Source of the DNA: Psammoneis japonica
Taxonomy: Eukaryota
Length of the DNA: 64,000 bases
NCBI GenBank assembly: GCA_008632985.1
Contig: QPGO01000012.1
Coordinates: forward strand, 558,001 to 622,000
Reading direction: 5' to 3'
In this document: piece after piece, positions 10,855-23,637 of the stretch
Numbering within the stretch: position 1 is the first letter of the stretch
Layout of the letters: each line of letters starts with the position of its first letter
Position numbers and translations under genes: made by a program
The notes under the pieces: generated by a model
Told to the model about the DNA's origin: nothing
Databases searched by the model: none
The model's input: only the letters and a program-made list of their open reading frames with translations

Positions 10855-13800
10855 ATGGTTCTCACTCGTCAGCAACAAACCGATGGTTTCGAGCACGTTG
10901 TTGGAGCCGTGCTTGCCCAAGGTGCTGGGAGCCCTCTTCGTTTGGCTTTGACCCAAGACGGCACGGACTCGCATCAAGAACTGTTCACGTTCATGCCATC
11001 CCAAATCGACTCGCTTGAGTGCGACAACGGCACCAATGTGATCCCTTTGCCCCGCGGTTACAAGAACATGTTAGCAGCTCTAACCAGTCTGTGCATTGTC
11101 AAAGCACACGAAGGTCTTGACGTTGCCAATGACTCCTCGTTGTTCACGCATGACGAGTTCCTTGCCTGCCGCCTCAGCCCCGACTGCATGTCTTCTGTGT
11201 CCGTCGGCAGCTCACCCCTCGCACCTCCGCATGTCACCAACCCGACCAAGGCACGCGACCCGGTACGAGACTTCAAGCGAGGCATCAAGCGTGACCCCAC
11301 CGCTTTCACGGCTCTCAAATCTGACAAGCAGTGGCACACTTGGCACACCTCACTTGTGGCACAAGCCCATGCCCAAGACGTCGAGTGCACTCTAGACTCG
11401 TCGTACAAACCGACCAGCCCCGAAGACAAACTGCTCTTTGCTGAACAGCAAAAGCACATGTTCGCCATCTTCGAACACATTCTTCTCACTGACAAGGGCA
11501 AGGCTCTCATTCGCGAAAATGTTGGGTCTTCTGACGCTCAGACCGTCTGCCGCGCCTTGTCTGAGCATGCGCTCGCCTCCACCCGCGCATCTGTCGAGTC
11601 CTCCACCTTGCTCACGCACCTCACCACCGCACGTCTTGGTGATGGCACTTGGAAAGGTCCGACCCACGGGTTCATCCTTCATTGGCAAGATCAGTTGCGC
11701 AAGTGCGAGGCACTCATCCCGGCCAGTGACCACTTCTCTGAAGGACAGAAGCCCGTCATGCTCGAGAATGCCGCACACCCTGTCGAGGAACTCCGTGCTG
11801 TCAAGAACCAAGCTGATCAGCATCGTACGCAGAGTGGCAAGAGCCTCACATACGATCAACACTGTGGCTTGCTCCTCTCCGCGGCGGCTCAATGTGACAG
11901 TGCGTTTCAACCCAAGACGACACCTTGAGCTCCCCGACGTGCCACATGCGCACACGATGTCTGCTCCGAGGAACCGTCCGACAATGTGTTCTACGACATT
12001 GACAGTGACATTGACGTCCTTCAGGCCAATGCTGCCTGCACCCGTGGTCCCAGCCTCACCGGTGACCAATGGAAACGTCTCCCTCCCGACCACCAACGGA
12101 TTTGGGATTCGTTGCCCCATTCCTCCAAGGCGATCATCCTTGAGCATTCTCGTCCGCCTCCCCGCAACCCGCGAGCCAGCAACTGCCATGAGTCTGTCAC
12201 GGCCAACCTTCACGACCAATGCCTTGGGAGTGGCGGTGATGTCAACTTGTCCAACACGACTCCTGCTGACTCTGGTGACCCCGCTCCAAATGTGGGTGCC
12301 ACTTCGGATGATCCCATCCTGGCGCACCTCACCAAGCACAAGCCACTGCCACCCGGTGATCTGCAACGTCTGTTGTCTCCTGACCAAGCCCCCAACGCCA
12401 GTCGACCGGGGCCATCCACCGCTCCCTCTGCTCCGCCAGCTCCTGCCGATGACGTGGAACTTGATGGCCGCACTTGCCGCCACGTCAACAACCACAATGT
12501 CATTTGCTCTGCCTCTGCTCATCGCTCCACACGCACTGGTGCTCCAGTCGATCGTGGGGCCAACGGCGGCATTGCTGGCGACGACGTCCGCGTCATTGCA
12601 CGCACCTCTCGCCAAGTCGACGTTCAGGGCATTGATGACCACCAATTGGTGGACATCCCCATTGTCACCGCTGGTGCCGTCATTGAGACTCAGCGTGTTC
12701 CCGTCATTGCCATCCTCCATCAGCACGCATGCACGGGCAAGGGCAAGACCATTCATTCCTGCGGCCAGCTCGAATGGCACAAACAGGATGTCAACGATCG
12801 CTCTGTCAAGGTGCCCAATGGCTTGCAATGTGTTGCCACCCCTGATGGCTGTGTCATCCCCATTGACATCAAGGGCGGCCTGCCTTGTGTTGCTGTGCAA
12901 CCTCACACTGACGCCGAATGGGACACCCTGCCCCATGTCATCCTCACTGGTGATGACACATGGGATCCTTCCGTCCTTGATCACTCTGTCACTGACGACG
13001 ACCAGTGGCACGACGCGATCTCTGACCTGCAGGACGATCCCACTGCCAACCTGTTTGACGAATGCGGCAACTACCGTCACCGTGTCGTTGTCAACAAGGC
13101 CATCATGTCCGCCTCCTTGTCTGCTGATCACGCGTCCGTCCTTGATGACCACCTCATTCCGAATGACGACGTGTTCTGCGAGTGTCATCTACACGCGATT
13201 GACCCCAAGGACGTCGACGTCCCGCCCCCGGAGCGCACTGTGCAACCCAAGGACCCCCCCTTCGAGTCTCTTTGGCCTTGCTTTGGCTTCCCACCTGCCG
13301 ATGTGGTCCATCGCACTTTTGACTGCACCACGCAGCACGCCCGCATGCCCGCCGGTGCACACCTTAGGAAGGCCTGCAAATCACCCAACCCCGCCCTTAA
13401 TGTGCACCGCCGCAACGAGCCCATCGCCACTGACACAGTTTGTGCCGACACCCCGGCCGTCGACTCTGGTTGCACCAGCGCCCAACTGTTTGTTGGCACC
13501 GAGTCTGCCGTCACTGACGTCTACGGCACCAAGACGGACAAGGAGTTTGTCAACACACTCGAGGATCAGATCCGTGAGCGTGGTGCCCCATCCAAACTCA
13601 TAAAGCGACCGTGCTCAAGTTGAGATCAGCAACAAGGTGCTCGGGATTCTACGAGCCCTCTTCATCTCCAGCTGGCAAAGTGAGCCTCACCAGCAACACC
13701 AAAACTTTGCCGAGCGTCGACACCAGACCGTGAAGCGCATGGCGAACACTGTCATGGACCGTTTCGGTTCGCCTGCCCACACATGGCTGCTGGCGCTCAT

Positions 13801-16526
13801 GTGCGTGTGCTTCACACTCAACCACACAGCGTCCCCATGTCTCCACTGGCGCATGCCCCTCGAGACTCTCACTGGCTCCACCCCGGACATCAGCCCATTG
13901 CTTCGCTTTCACTGGTGGGAACCCGTGCACTTCCACCTTGATGACTCCGATTGGCCATCCGAATCCCGTGAGTTGCGTGGACGCTTTGTTGGCATTGCTG
14001 AGCACGTCGGCCACCAGATGACCTTCAAGATTCTCTCTGACGAGACTCAGAAGATCCTCCACCGGTCCAACGTACGCTCCGCCACCCACCGATCCTGCCG
14101 TTCGAAACCTGCGTCTTGATCCTCCTGATGGGGAGCCACCTGAACCCATCATCAAATCTCGCCATGACGACAACCCTGTCGATTCTCCTGATGGGGAGAT
14201 CAGGACACCCAAGATGCCAGTTTTCGATCCGCAAGACATCATCGGACGCACCTTCCTCATGCAGCCACAAGAGGATGGACAATGCCACAGAGCTCGCATC
14301 GTCAAGGCCGTCGAAGACCATGAATGGAAAGTGAACGGCAATCCCGAGCTCACTGAGTTCGTCTGCTCTGTCAACAACGACGAATGCGAGGAAGTCCTTG
14401 CCTGCAACGACATCATGAATCACATTGAGCAAGAAGACGAAGACACTGCTGTTTGGAAATTTCGATGAATCGTGTCACACGAAGGACCTCTGAAGCCTCA
14501 TGACCCAACCTGGAAAGGCTCAAGCTACAACATCATGCTTGAATGGGAAAGTGGGGAGATCACGTCCGAGCCTCTTGCCATCATCGCCAAGGACGACCCC
14601 GTCACCTGCGCCATCTATGCACGAGAGAACGGACTTCTCGACACTGATGGCTGGAAGCGGTTCCGCACCATCGCGAGGCGCCAGAAGAAGCCATTTCGCA
14701 TGGCCAACCAAGCCAAGCTTTGCTCCTTCCGCACTGCACCTTGCTGCAAGTGCGGATGCGAAGTTCCCCCGAACTGCAAACACGCCATGTCACTGGACGA
14801 ACGCAACGGCAACCGCAAATGGGGAGACACAACTAACCTTGAGATGGACCAACTCGAGGAATGCCAAGTCTTCCATGACTGCGGGCCCTTCGAGTCTTCC
14901 ACTCCTCCTGCGGGACACAAGAAGATCCGAGTGCACCCAGTGTACGACGTGAAACACGACGGTCGCCACAAGGCACAACTCGTGGCCGATGGGCACCTCA
15001 CGGACGTGCCTGTCGACAGTGTCTGCTCCGGAGCAGTCTCCCTCCGTGGCCTTCGGCTGATGATTTTCCTGGCCGAACTCAACGAGTTAGAGACATGGGC
15101 CACCGACATTGGCAATGCCTGCCTTGAAGCCACCACCAAGGAGAAGCTCTACATTGCAGCCGGACCCGAATTTGGCAAACTCGAAGGACACATTCTTGTC
15201 ATCCACAAGGCCCTGCATGGACTGCACAGCTCTGGTCTCCGCTGGCACGAGCGCTTCGCCGACTGCCCACGAGCTGAAGGATTCTTCCCCTGCTGCACCG
15301 AACCCGACATTTGGATGCGCAGGAATGGCGGCCACTGTGAATGCATTGCCGTTCATGTGGATGACCTCGCCATTGCTGTGAAGGACCCTCAATCTTTCGT
15401 CGATGCTCTCACGGAAAAGCACAAGTTCAAGCTCAAGGGTGCGGGACCCATTGAGTTCCATCTGGGTTGCGACTTTTCGCGGGATCCCGACGGAACCTTG
15501 TGCATGTCTCCGCGCAAGTACATCGAGCGCATGGTTGACAGCTGCGCCCGACTGTTTGGGGAGAAACCTGCCACCAACGCCCTGTCACCTCTGGAGAAGG
15601 GTGACCACCCCGAACTGGACACTGCCGAACTGCTGGGGCCCGATGGCATTCACAAGTTCCAGTCTCTTGTTGGTTCACTCCAGTGGGCAGTGTCCCTTGG
15701 TCGAATTGACATCACCACGGCCATCATGTCACTCTCTAGCTTCCGAGCTGCGCCCCATCAAGGCCACTTGGACCGTGCCAAACGTGTCTGTGGTTGCCTC
15801 TCCAAGATGCGACACGGTGCTCTCCGCGTTCGTACGGAAGAGCCCGACTGTTCGGATCTCCCTGCTCCGGCCTGTGAATGGATGCATTCCGTGTACGGCG
15901 AAGCAGAAGAGATGATCCCGAAGGATGCTCCACCGCCCCTTGGCAAGTTCGTCACTGCCACCCACTACGTCGATGCAAACTTGTGCCATTGCATGCTCAC
16001 CGGACGCTCTGTCATGGGAATGCTCCACTTCCTCAACAAATTCCCGGCTGATTGGTTCTCTGAGAAGCAAGCCACCGTGGAGACTGCGACCTGCGGGTCT
16101 GAATTTGTTGCCGCAAGGACTTGTGTCGAACAGGTTGTCGACCTGCGCATCACCCTGCGCTGCCTTGGCGTCCCGATCCGCAATGTCAGTCACATGTTCG
16201 GTGACAACAAGTCGGTTGTAGACAGTGCCACCATCCCGCACTCCAAGTTACACAAGCGACACACCGCACTGTCGTTCCACCGTGTGCGTGAGGCGATTGC
16301 CTCTGGTCACCTTGAGTTCCACTTCATCGAAGGCTCCCGCAACCCTGCTGACATTCTCAGCAAGCATTGGGGTTGCTCCCAAATCTGGGACCTTCTCCGC
16401 CCCCTCATGTTCTGGAACTTCATTCCATCCGAAGTCGAATCTGTTTCTGTGACTCCTCAAGCAAACTGGGGAGTGACAGGATTTGAACAGGATTTGGGTG
16501 TGCGCGAAATGTCGCGTGCTGTTTAG
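10855..16526 (+). pseudogene. Inactivated gag-pol polyprotein
   Basis: DFKRGIKRD (gag), VDRGANG (protease), EPHQQHQNFAER (integrase), HVDD (RT, from YVDD), NPADILSK (RNaseH). In-frame TGA at 11926 and 14466 (probably from CGA); frameshifts near 13600 and 14085. Confidence 0.9.
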
Positions 16527-16749
16527 CCCACCGTGCACAGTTTTGTGTGCTTTAGTTCCGCGCGTTCGCACGCAATGTAGTTTGCTTTCGAGCCACAAGG
16601 CTCACAAGAATAACAACAGCAGCCCGATTGCACTGACTTGCACGTCTTTCGGCTCCTGCAACGGTCTCTGAGCGGAGACTCATCTGCCATTTAGACAGCA
16701 GCAAGGAGTTGTTGTTTGAATTCTTGCCATTTGCCTTCAATTTCCATCA
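16474..16749 (+). repeat. 3' LTR preceded by a short purine tract (ggggag)
   Basis: Matches the 5' LTR and is followed by TSD CAACT. Confidence 0.95.
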
Positions 16750-18474
16750 CAACTTGCCAAGTGACAACAAGTCTTGCAGCAACGTTGGCGGGAGGGCCCC
16801 CGACAGCATGTTGTTTCTGAAACTCACCTCCACAAGCATGTCAAGCATGCCTGTTTCGAATGGGACTCTGCCCGTCATGCCAAAGCCATCCAGTTGCAAT
16901 CTGCTCACTCTTCCGTTGCCAAGGCAGCTCACGCCATCCCAATTGCAGTGATCATCAAAAGGAAATCTCATCCACCTCGAAGCCTCGGTGTTCCACTGAT
17001 GTCCACTCGTTGAAATGAAAAACACTGTCAATGCACACCTGTCACATGTGGTTGCTGCACTTTTGACAACAGGTTTGAATTCATTTGCATTCACAAGCCA
17101 CCAAACAGCTTGAACTTTTGGGTCACATGCATTTGACAGCAACCCTTGCATTCGATTGGTGAGATTAAGATCATTCAACAAGTCTTGAAGTTCTTGTTCT
17201 TTCTCTTGTCCAACAATGTCAACCAAAGTCTGGTTGTTCCCTGGAGGTGCGAAACAATGGCATTGGACCAAGAGATCCTCCTGGGATGCATCTTGGCAGA
17301 CAGCATCGTCGCCCATTAAAGATTTTGAGGACGATGTGTCTTTCCTAGATGATGTCAACACCACGGCGGTGATGACACCCGCTGCGATCACGGCAACTGC
17401 CACAATCAGCAACAGAAGGTTTCGCAAATGCTTTTGTTTGATGGCCACGGCTTGTGCAATGGGATGGTGGCTTTCACCGCCGGTGATCTCTTCTTCCCGT
17501 TGCACAAGAACAGCACTCACCATCACCCCAATGTCATCACTGCCGCCTCCGGCATCCAAATTGTTCCCACCACCAATGTCATCAATGACTTCATTTTCTG
17601 GTTCCAATGGTCCCACGTGAACTGCTCCCACATTTGTCCTTCCTTCCAAAGAATCCATGTCACAGGGGAAATGATGCTCCACCTCATTGGATGTCATTTG
17701 TCTCGATGGGTCGCCAACTGCTGATTCGCAGTTGTTTGAAGTGGCAGCTGTGCCACCCGAACAAACTGGAGAAAAACGCTCCAAACCCATGTTGTGATTC
17801 TCAGATTTGCATCCATGAAACAGTTTGCTTTCTTTTTGGACTCGATCGGGGTTTTAGTGTGCAAGAATCTCATCACTGTCTGGTTTGGAAACATCTTCTA
17901 TTTTGCCTTCATAGACGAAAGGTGTTGTTGCTGTTGTTGCTTCGCTAGAGTGTTGCTGCATCTCTGAAGTTAGAGGAGCCGTTTTCAAGTTGGCAACAGG
18001 AACCTCTTTTAAAGAATGGCACAGCTGCATTGGACAATTCGAGCTTGCCTCATCCTCGCGATCTTCCCCATGCCTTCCAGCACGGCCACTGGATCGTCTG
18101 GACATTTTGTTTCTTCGCTCTTCTCTGTTGCTTGAACTCAACACAATTCCAACAACTGAGGTTGAATGTGTGGCGGGAAACAATCAATCCGGAACTCTGG
18201 CCACCATTTTAGAGGGAATCAAATGTGTTGTTATTCTGATGAGCAGTGGGGGTTCTTGAAAACACATGTTGTGCGAAGTTTGATGCATTGCATTGGAAAG
18301 CATGGGACTAAACATCGCGTTCTTGGTCTTGTTTTTTTTATTTTTTCGGCGATGCGCCGCGGCGGCGTTCACAAAACGTGCATTTGAAAATGGTTTGCAG
18401 CAGTCAAGCGTTCTGTTGGGTCTCCCTTTTTCTGCACGGGCAGATGCGCACACTTCCCTGACAGAAAGTCCCAT

Positions 18475-18595
18475 TGCAACACACAGCCACCAACAAGAGC
18501 CAATGTATCATGGCGATGTGTTGCAGCCTTTAAATGTCACAAAGGGTGTGACAAAAACAACCTTTTGTCTGCATGCATGCTGCACCATCCTTCTT
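18475..18595 (+). repeat. ~115-bp dispersed repeat; two inverted copies at 53253-53362 and 53590-53700
   Basis: Shared core gcagccttta(a/g)atgtcacaaagggtgtgacaaaa..accttttgtctgcatgcatgctgca with a GTCAC-N7-GTGAC hairpin. Confidence 0.8.
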
Positions 18596-18754
18596 TGTCG
18601 TTTTCAAACACTCAGCCCCAACTTGAAAGACACTTGCACTCTGCTCATCAATGTGTGATGCAATGTTGATGAAAAGAAATGGCAAGCTTGCAGTGGCTCA
18701 TTCTGGTGGCTCACAGTGAGGCACTGCTGATTCTGCTGCGGGCTCTCCACAGCC

Positions 18755-19177
18755 AATGCAGTCCACGAGTGAAAAACAGGTGGGCTGCATGACTGCACAA
18801 TCATTGCCCTCTGACACTTGTTGCTGCCTTCTTGTCTCTTGTGGCTGATGCCCCCCCCAGCAAAGCTCTCTGGTTGGCTGTGGCAAAAGCCATGAGAAGA
18901 TGGGCACCTTGTCCATGAATGTGTGCCAACAGGAGAGACCGAGAGATGCAGCCCAAAGTGTGGAGAATGCAGTCCACGAGTGAAAAACAGGTGGGCTGCA
19001 TGACTGCACAATCATTGCCCTCTGACACTTGTTGCTGCCTTCTTGTCTCTTGTGGCTGATGCCCCCCCCCAGCAAAGCTCTCTGGTTGGCTGTGGCAAAA
19101 GCTGCAAGAAGATGGGCACCTTGTCCATGAACGTGTGCCACCAGGAGAGACAGAGAGATGCAGCCCAAAGTGTGGAG
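18755..19177 (+). repeat. Tandem duplication of a ~211-bp unit
   Basis: 18755-18965 and 18966-19177 are nearly identical. Confidence 0.95.
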
Positions 19178-22100
19178 AGTCTCTTGTTGTTTCTCTCTGC
19201 CATGTCTTTTCTGTCTTCTTGCTGCACTTAAAAAAAGCATTTTGTGACAGCACCACATCTTTGGCTTGGCTGTTGATGCAACAGACCATGAGAAACTGGG
19301 GCACGCAAAACATTTTCCATTTTCCTGTCAAAGCCATGCACAACTCAGTGTCTTCATCCCAGCACACACCCTCTGAAACATTTCAAAAGAAAGTGTCACA
19401 TGTGGGCATCATGTCACATGGGCTTTTTGCTTTTGCATGTGTGCAAAAGACAAGCTCCAAACACTGGTGTGTCATGCAGTGATCCATTCACTGACTTGTT
19501 CCTAATCTGTTGCACAGCTCTTGTGAGTTTCCACTCTTGGTTGAAAATTTCTGAGCTCCAATCATTGTCAAGAATCTGATTTCTCTCAACCAAAAAAAAT
19601 TGAGCTCATCTGGCACAATCAACAAGAGCCAACAGCTGCAAATAAAGTGCATGAACTCATGTGATGCTTTTTTGCCCAGCTTGGTTTTGTGTCCCATGGG
19701 ATTCCCCAAAATTCATTGCGCCAAGGGGTTGTCACCTTTTGCTGCACAAGTCTCAAAAAATTACCTTGAATGTCACTTTGCTGCTTGTGTGCTGCAGACA
19801 TGAGCATGGGTTTGTGTTGGGAAATTCCCATGCTTCCCCTTCAAAATTTGTCATGTGCACTCCTGCAGATGTTGCAATTGTCAGCCACCACACATCCTTT
19901 GCAGCCACATTGCGCCCACCACATCAACTGCCTTTTTAAAAGCTTGGAGCATTGCTCACTGACAAGGACACAGCTGCTGTGGCTTCTCTGCAGCTGCTGC
20001 ATCTTTTTGTTGCCATGTTCATGCCATGTGTTTTTTCTGATGCCACACAGCTGGTGCTGCATGTTTGTCATTGTGATCTGGATGGCAGCCGCATGTTCTC
20101 ATTTGGACAATCCTCCACACATCAGCCAAACATCACCACAGCTGCCTCTTCAACAGTCATGCCATCAGTTGATGTGCAGCCAGCATGTTTTTTCATGTGA
20201 TCCACCACACTGCTGCATCTTTTCATTGCCACATTGATGCCACATGATGTGTTTTGTTTTGATGCCATGCAGCTGGCATGTTTTTTGTTGTGATCTGCAC
20301 CATGACTCTGTCTTTTCACTTGGCAGATGCTCACCTGCATCTTCTTCACTTGGTTCCATGCTCCCTTGGCTTTTTTGTTCATGCCTGGGGTTGTTGTTTT
20401 GCTTTTCATGTAAAATGCATTCTTGGCATGACTGGTGGCAATGAGCAGGGTGATGATCCCAGGATTGGTGTTGACAACAATGAGAAGCTGTGTGGCTTGC
20501 GATCACCACAAGCATCTGGGACAACAATTTTGCACATGAGGAGGCAGCCAGCTGGGCATGCAGCTGGCACAAGCAGTCATGCAAAGGGCCCAATGCAAGG
20601 AAAGCTGCTGCCCATCTCTCTCTAAGATCAAGAAAAGATGTGTGCTGAGACCTGCAGTGCCAAGATCACCAACAGAACTGTGCCAAGTGGTGTCATGGGC
20701 TGCACAGCTCTTTGCAAGAACATGTGGCAGCCAAAGATGAGCTTGTCTGTGCCACGCCAAAGATGCAGATGCCAAGGCCAATGAAGCATCAGAAGCTGCT
20801 TCATTGGTCAAGTGGCAGCACAGCAGCAGTGCTGATTGATCAACCCAACCACAGATCCAAACATCTGTCATGGCCTGCTCAGTCAGTTCTGGTGGCACCA
20901 GCACCACTTCAAGCCTGCCATGCTTGCTGCAGCCATCAATCTTTGTCACTTCTGTGGGCTGCCCTTTGCCTTGCACACAACTGCCTGTTTTTCAAGCAAG
21001 CACACTTGTCACCACCTGCAGTCCCCCTGACAACAAGAAAGTTGGAGATGACCCACTTGGCACCTGAGTCATCTGAGGTGCATCAACGACAATGAGAGGG
21101 TCATTTTTGCTGAATCAAAGACATTTTGGTCTCTTTTGGGGGGGGGGGGCAATGGGGGCTGCAATTAAGAAGCTGCCCCCATTTGATGCATTGCGACTTG
21201 CCACAAACACCCCACCAGTGGCATTTTGGAAATTCGCAGTTGCCAGGAGGAGCACATGGCCAAAGAAGGGGGGGAAAGAATGCACCCTGCATCACATGAA
21301 TTTTTTCTGGGTCACAATCATCAGGAGCTTGATTTGCAAAAGGATCCAGTTGATGCACTCTTCTTTGATGGGTTCTCTAACATTCAGAAAGTGGAGCAAG
21401 AGATGCCAGAGGTTGAGTTTCCCCAAGCTTCCTGTCTGCATGGAGCCAAGCATTGCACTGTGCTGCTCTTCCATGATGCAACTGAGACAAAGCCCATGCA
21501 GGCAATTTTAATCATGTGTTTGTTTTTTCTTCTTTGAAGAAGGCATTTCTCTCACTCATCTGCTGCCCTTTTTACCTGAATTGTGCAAGACTGTGATGAT
21601 GTTGTGAGCAAAACAGCTTCATCATGTGTTTGGCTTTTGCTCAAGTCATGCTGCTCATGCCACATTTGTGAGCCAGTCAAAGCATGTCTGCCACAGCACA
21701 GATGCATGTCTCCTCAAAGGTGCAGATGCTGGAATGACGCCTTTTCTTTTGCCATGCACTGCACCATGTGCCTCCAAAGTGTTTTTCTTGCCAAAGTTCA
21801 CACTTCTCAGTGGACCAGTCTGAGAGAGAAATTTAAAAAAAGAACCAGACCAATTGCATGGTCACAGCTCCACAAATGGAAACTTCCAGCAAGCCATTTG
21901 TCACTTGTTGTGCTGTGCATTCCCAGTGCTCCTGGTCCTGTGCTGTGCAAATTCCAACCTTCTTGGCATGGGTGAACCGTGCTGCACCTCACCAACACCT
22001 CGCCAACAGAACCACCAAGGTCCTCAAGCAATCAACTGACAGTCTCAATGATGAGACTTGTTTTCCTCTCCAAGCTGCAGTCAGTGCAGCTGACATTGAA

Positions 22101-23088
22101 GATGCAACTGATGGCATCTTGCATGACAAGACAATGTCTTCTGACAAAACTGATGATGCTGATGATTTTTTTAGGCCAAAGATGACAATGATCGTTCCAA
22201 GTTGGGTGACAATTTGCCCGGTGCAGTCAACCTGGCAACAATGTTGAGAGGCAGGCTCAGAAGAAGTGGTGAGAAAAGTTGAAGAGCAAGTTTGACAAAG
22301 TTGTTTGGCTTGTTTGTGTGCAGCCAGAGGTCATCGACAATGCAGAGCTGCCAGCCAGGGCCTGACATTGACAACAAAAACTCTTGTTTGTGGCACAAAA
22401 AAGGCTTCCTCCCACAGCACACATTGCATGGCACCTCCACACCTTTTCAATCCCATGCCACAAAATGAAGTCCAAATCCTTGAAAGCTCAAGCAATGAGA
22501 AACAGTTGCACTTTTGTCCCACAGCAAAAAGGTTGAAACAGAGCAACCACTGTCACTGTCTTCAATGAAAATGGACACTCAGACAACTTTGCTCAAACAC
22601 TGTCATGCCAAGCATTTGTGGCGTGTTTCTGTGGCATCTGTCAAAAAGCAGTTGTGCCATCAAAGACCCACACATCATGGTTTCTGAATGTGTGGACTGC
22701 ACAAATGAAGAAGAAGAAGAAAAGGCAAAGGCTCAAAAGAGTGGAAGTGACAATGCCAGTCCCAAGAAGCATCACAATGTTGTAAAAAATGTGACAGCAA
22801 AACCAGCTGCAAACTGCATGATGGGATGCTTTCATGATGAAGGCCAAAGGCTGATTGAATGCATTGAATGTGTTTGCCAGCAAAAGTTGTCACTGTTGGC
22901 GGGCCATCATTTGTGTCAGTCAGATTATTTTGCTGTGTGGTGCAGCATAATGATGCATTGCCACAGGTTAGATTGGTGGCACTCGTTGCACCCCTTGGTG
23001 GTGAGACATTGGAAACTTTTTGACAACATGTCAATGAACAAATGATGTGTTAATTGTTGACAACATGTTGACAAAAATGAGTGATTTA

Positions 23089-23445
23089 GACAACAGTTTG
23101 CTCAACCATCACATCTTTTAGATTTGGGATGATGGTCAACAAATCTTTGATGAATGAGTTGGTTGGACAACAGTTTGCTCAACCATCACATGTCAGATTT
23201 GGGACAATTGTCAACAACACAGTGCAAACAAATTTGTGGCATGGACAACAGTTTGCCAAGCCATCACATCTTAGATTCGGTGCAATGGTCAACAACATTT
23301 TGATGAACAAGTGGTTCAGATGACAGTTTGCTCAACCATCGCATCTTAGATTTGGGACAATTGTCAACAACACAGTGCAAACAAATTTGTGGCATCAACA
23401 ACAGTTTGCTCAACCATCACATCTCAGATTTGAAACAATTGTCAA
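23089..23445 (+). repeat. Tandem repeat, ~5 copies of a ~78-bp unit
   Basis: Recurrent acagtttgctcaaccatcacatc..agatttgg..caattgtcaaca. Confidence 0.85.
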
Positions 23446-23637
23446 TGTCAAATTGAGTGTGTGATGCAAACAATGGCTCAGCACACCCTGCTGAGGGGTG
23501 TTGCACAGACAGACTTCACAATTTTTGGCACATTTGCAAAAATGGACCTGCTGCATTGTGGGCAAAGACTTCATGATCGTGGCTGAATAACGACAAGCCC
23601 ATAACCCAAACTCGACATTTGACTTCGAGTCAAAGTA

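Larger units (their letters stand above)
9631..16749 (+). mobile_element. Full-length Ty1/copia LTR retrotransposon (CoDi-like), 276-bp LTRs, 5-bp TSD CAACT
   Basis: TG..CA LTRs at 9631-9906 and 16474-16749; CAACT at 9626-9630 and 16750-16754; gag-protease-integrase-RT-RNaseH order. Confidence 0.95.
8823..18105 (-). pseudogene. Diatom-type leucine-rich-repeat membrane protein gene, split by the copia insertion and TpA-mutated
   Basis: The 5' part (ATG 18105, in-frame stop 17854-17856) has a TM helix, HCNWDGVSC and NNMLSGALP, and ends at the TSD. The 3' part 8823-9630 has LRRs (NSLTGTL, LDLSSTNMVGPVP). Confidence 0.8.

Noticed and set aside
10855..16526. Alternative genetic code or RNA editing restoring Tyr from TGY/CAY
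   Set aside because: Neighbouring genes use TAY normally, changes also hit LTRs and non-coding DNA, copies differ reciprocally, and the ORF has stops and frameshifts.
23089..23445. CRISPR-like array
   Set aside because: The intervening segments are themselves repeated, the context is eukaryotic and there are no cas genes.
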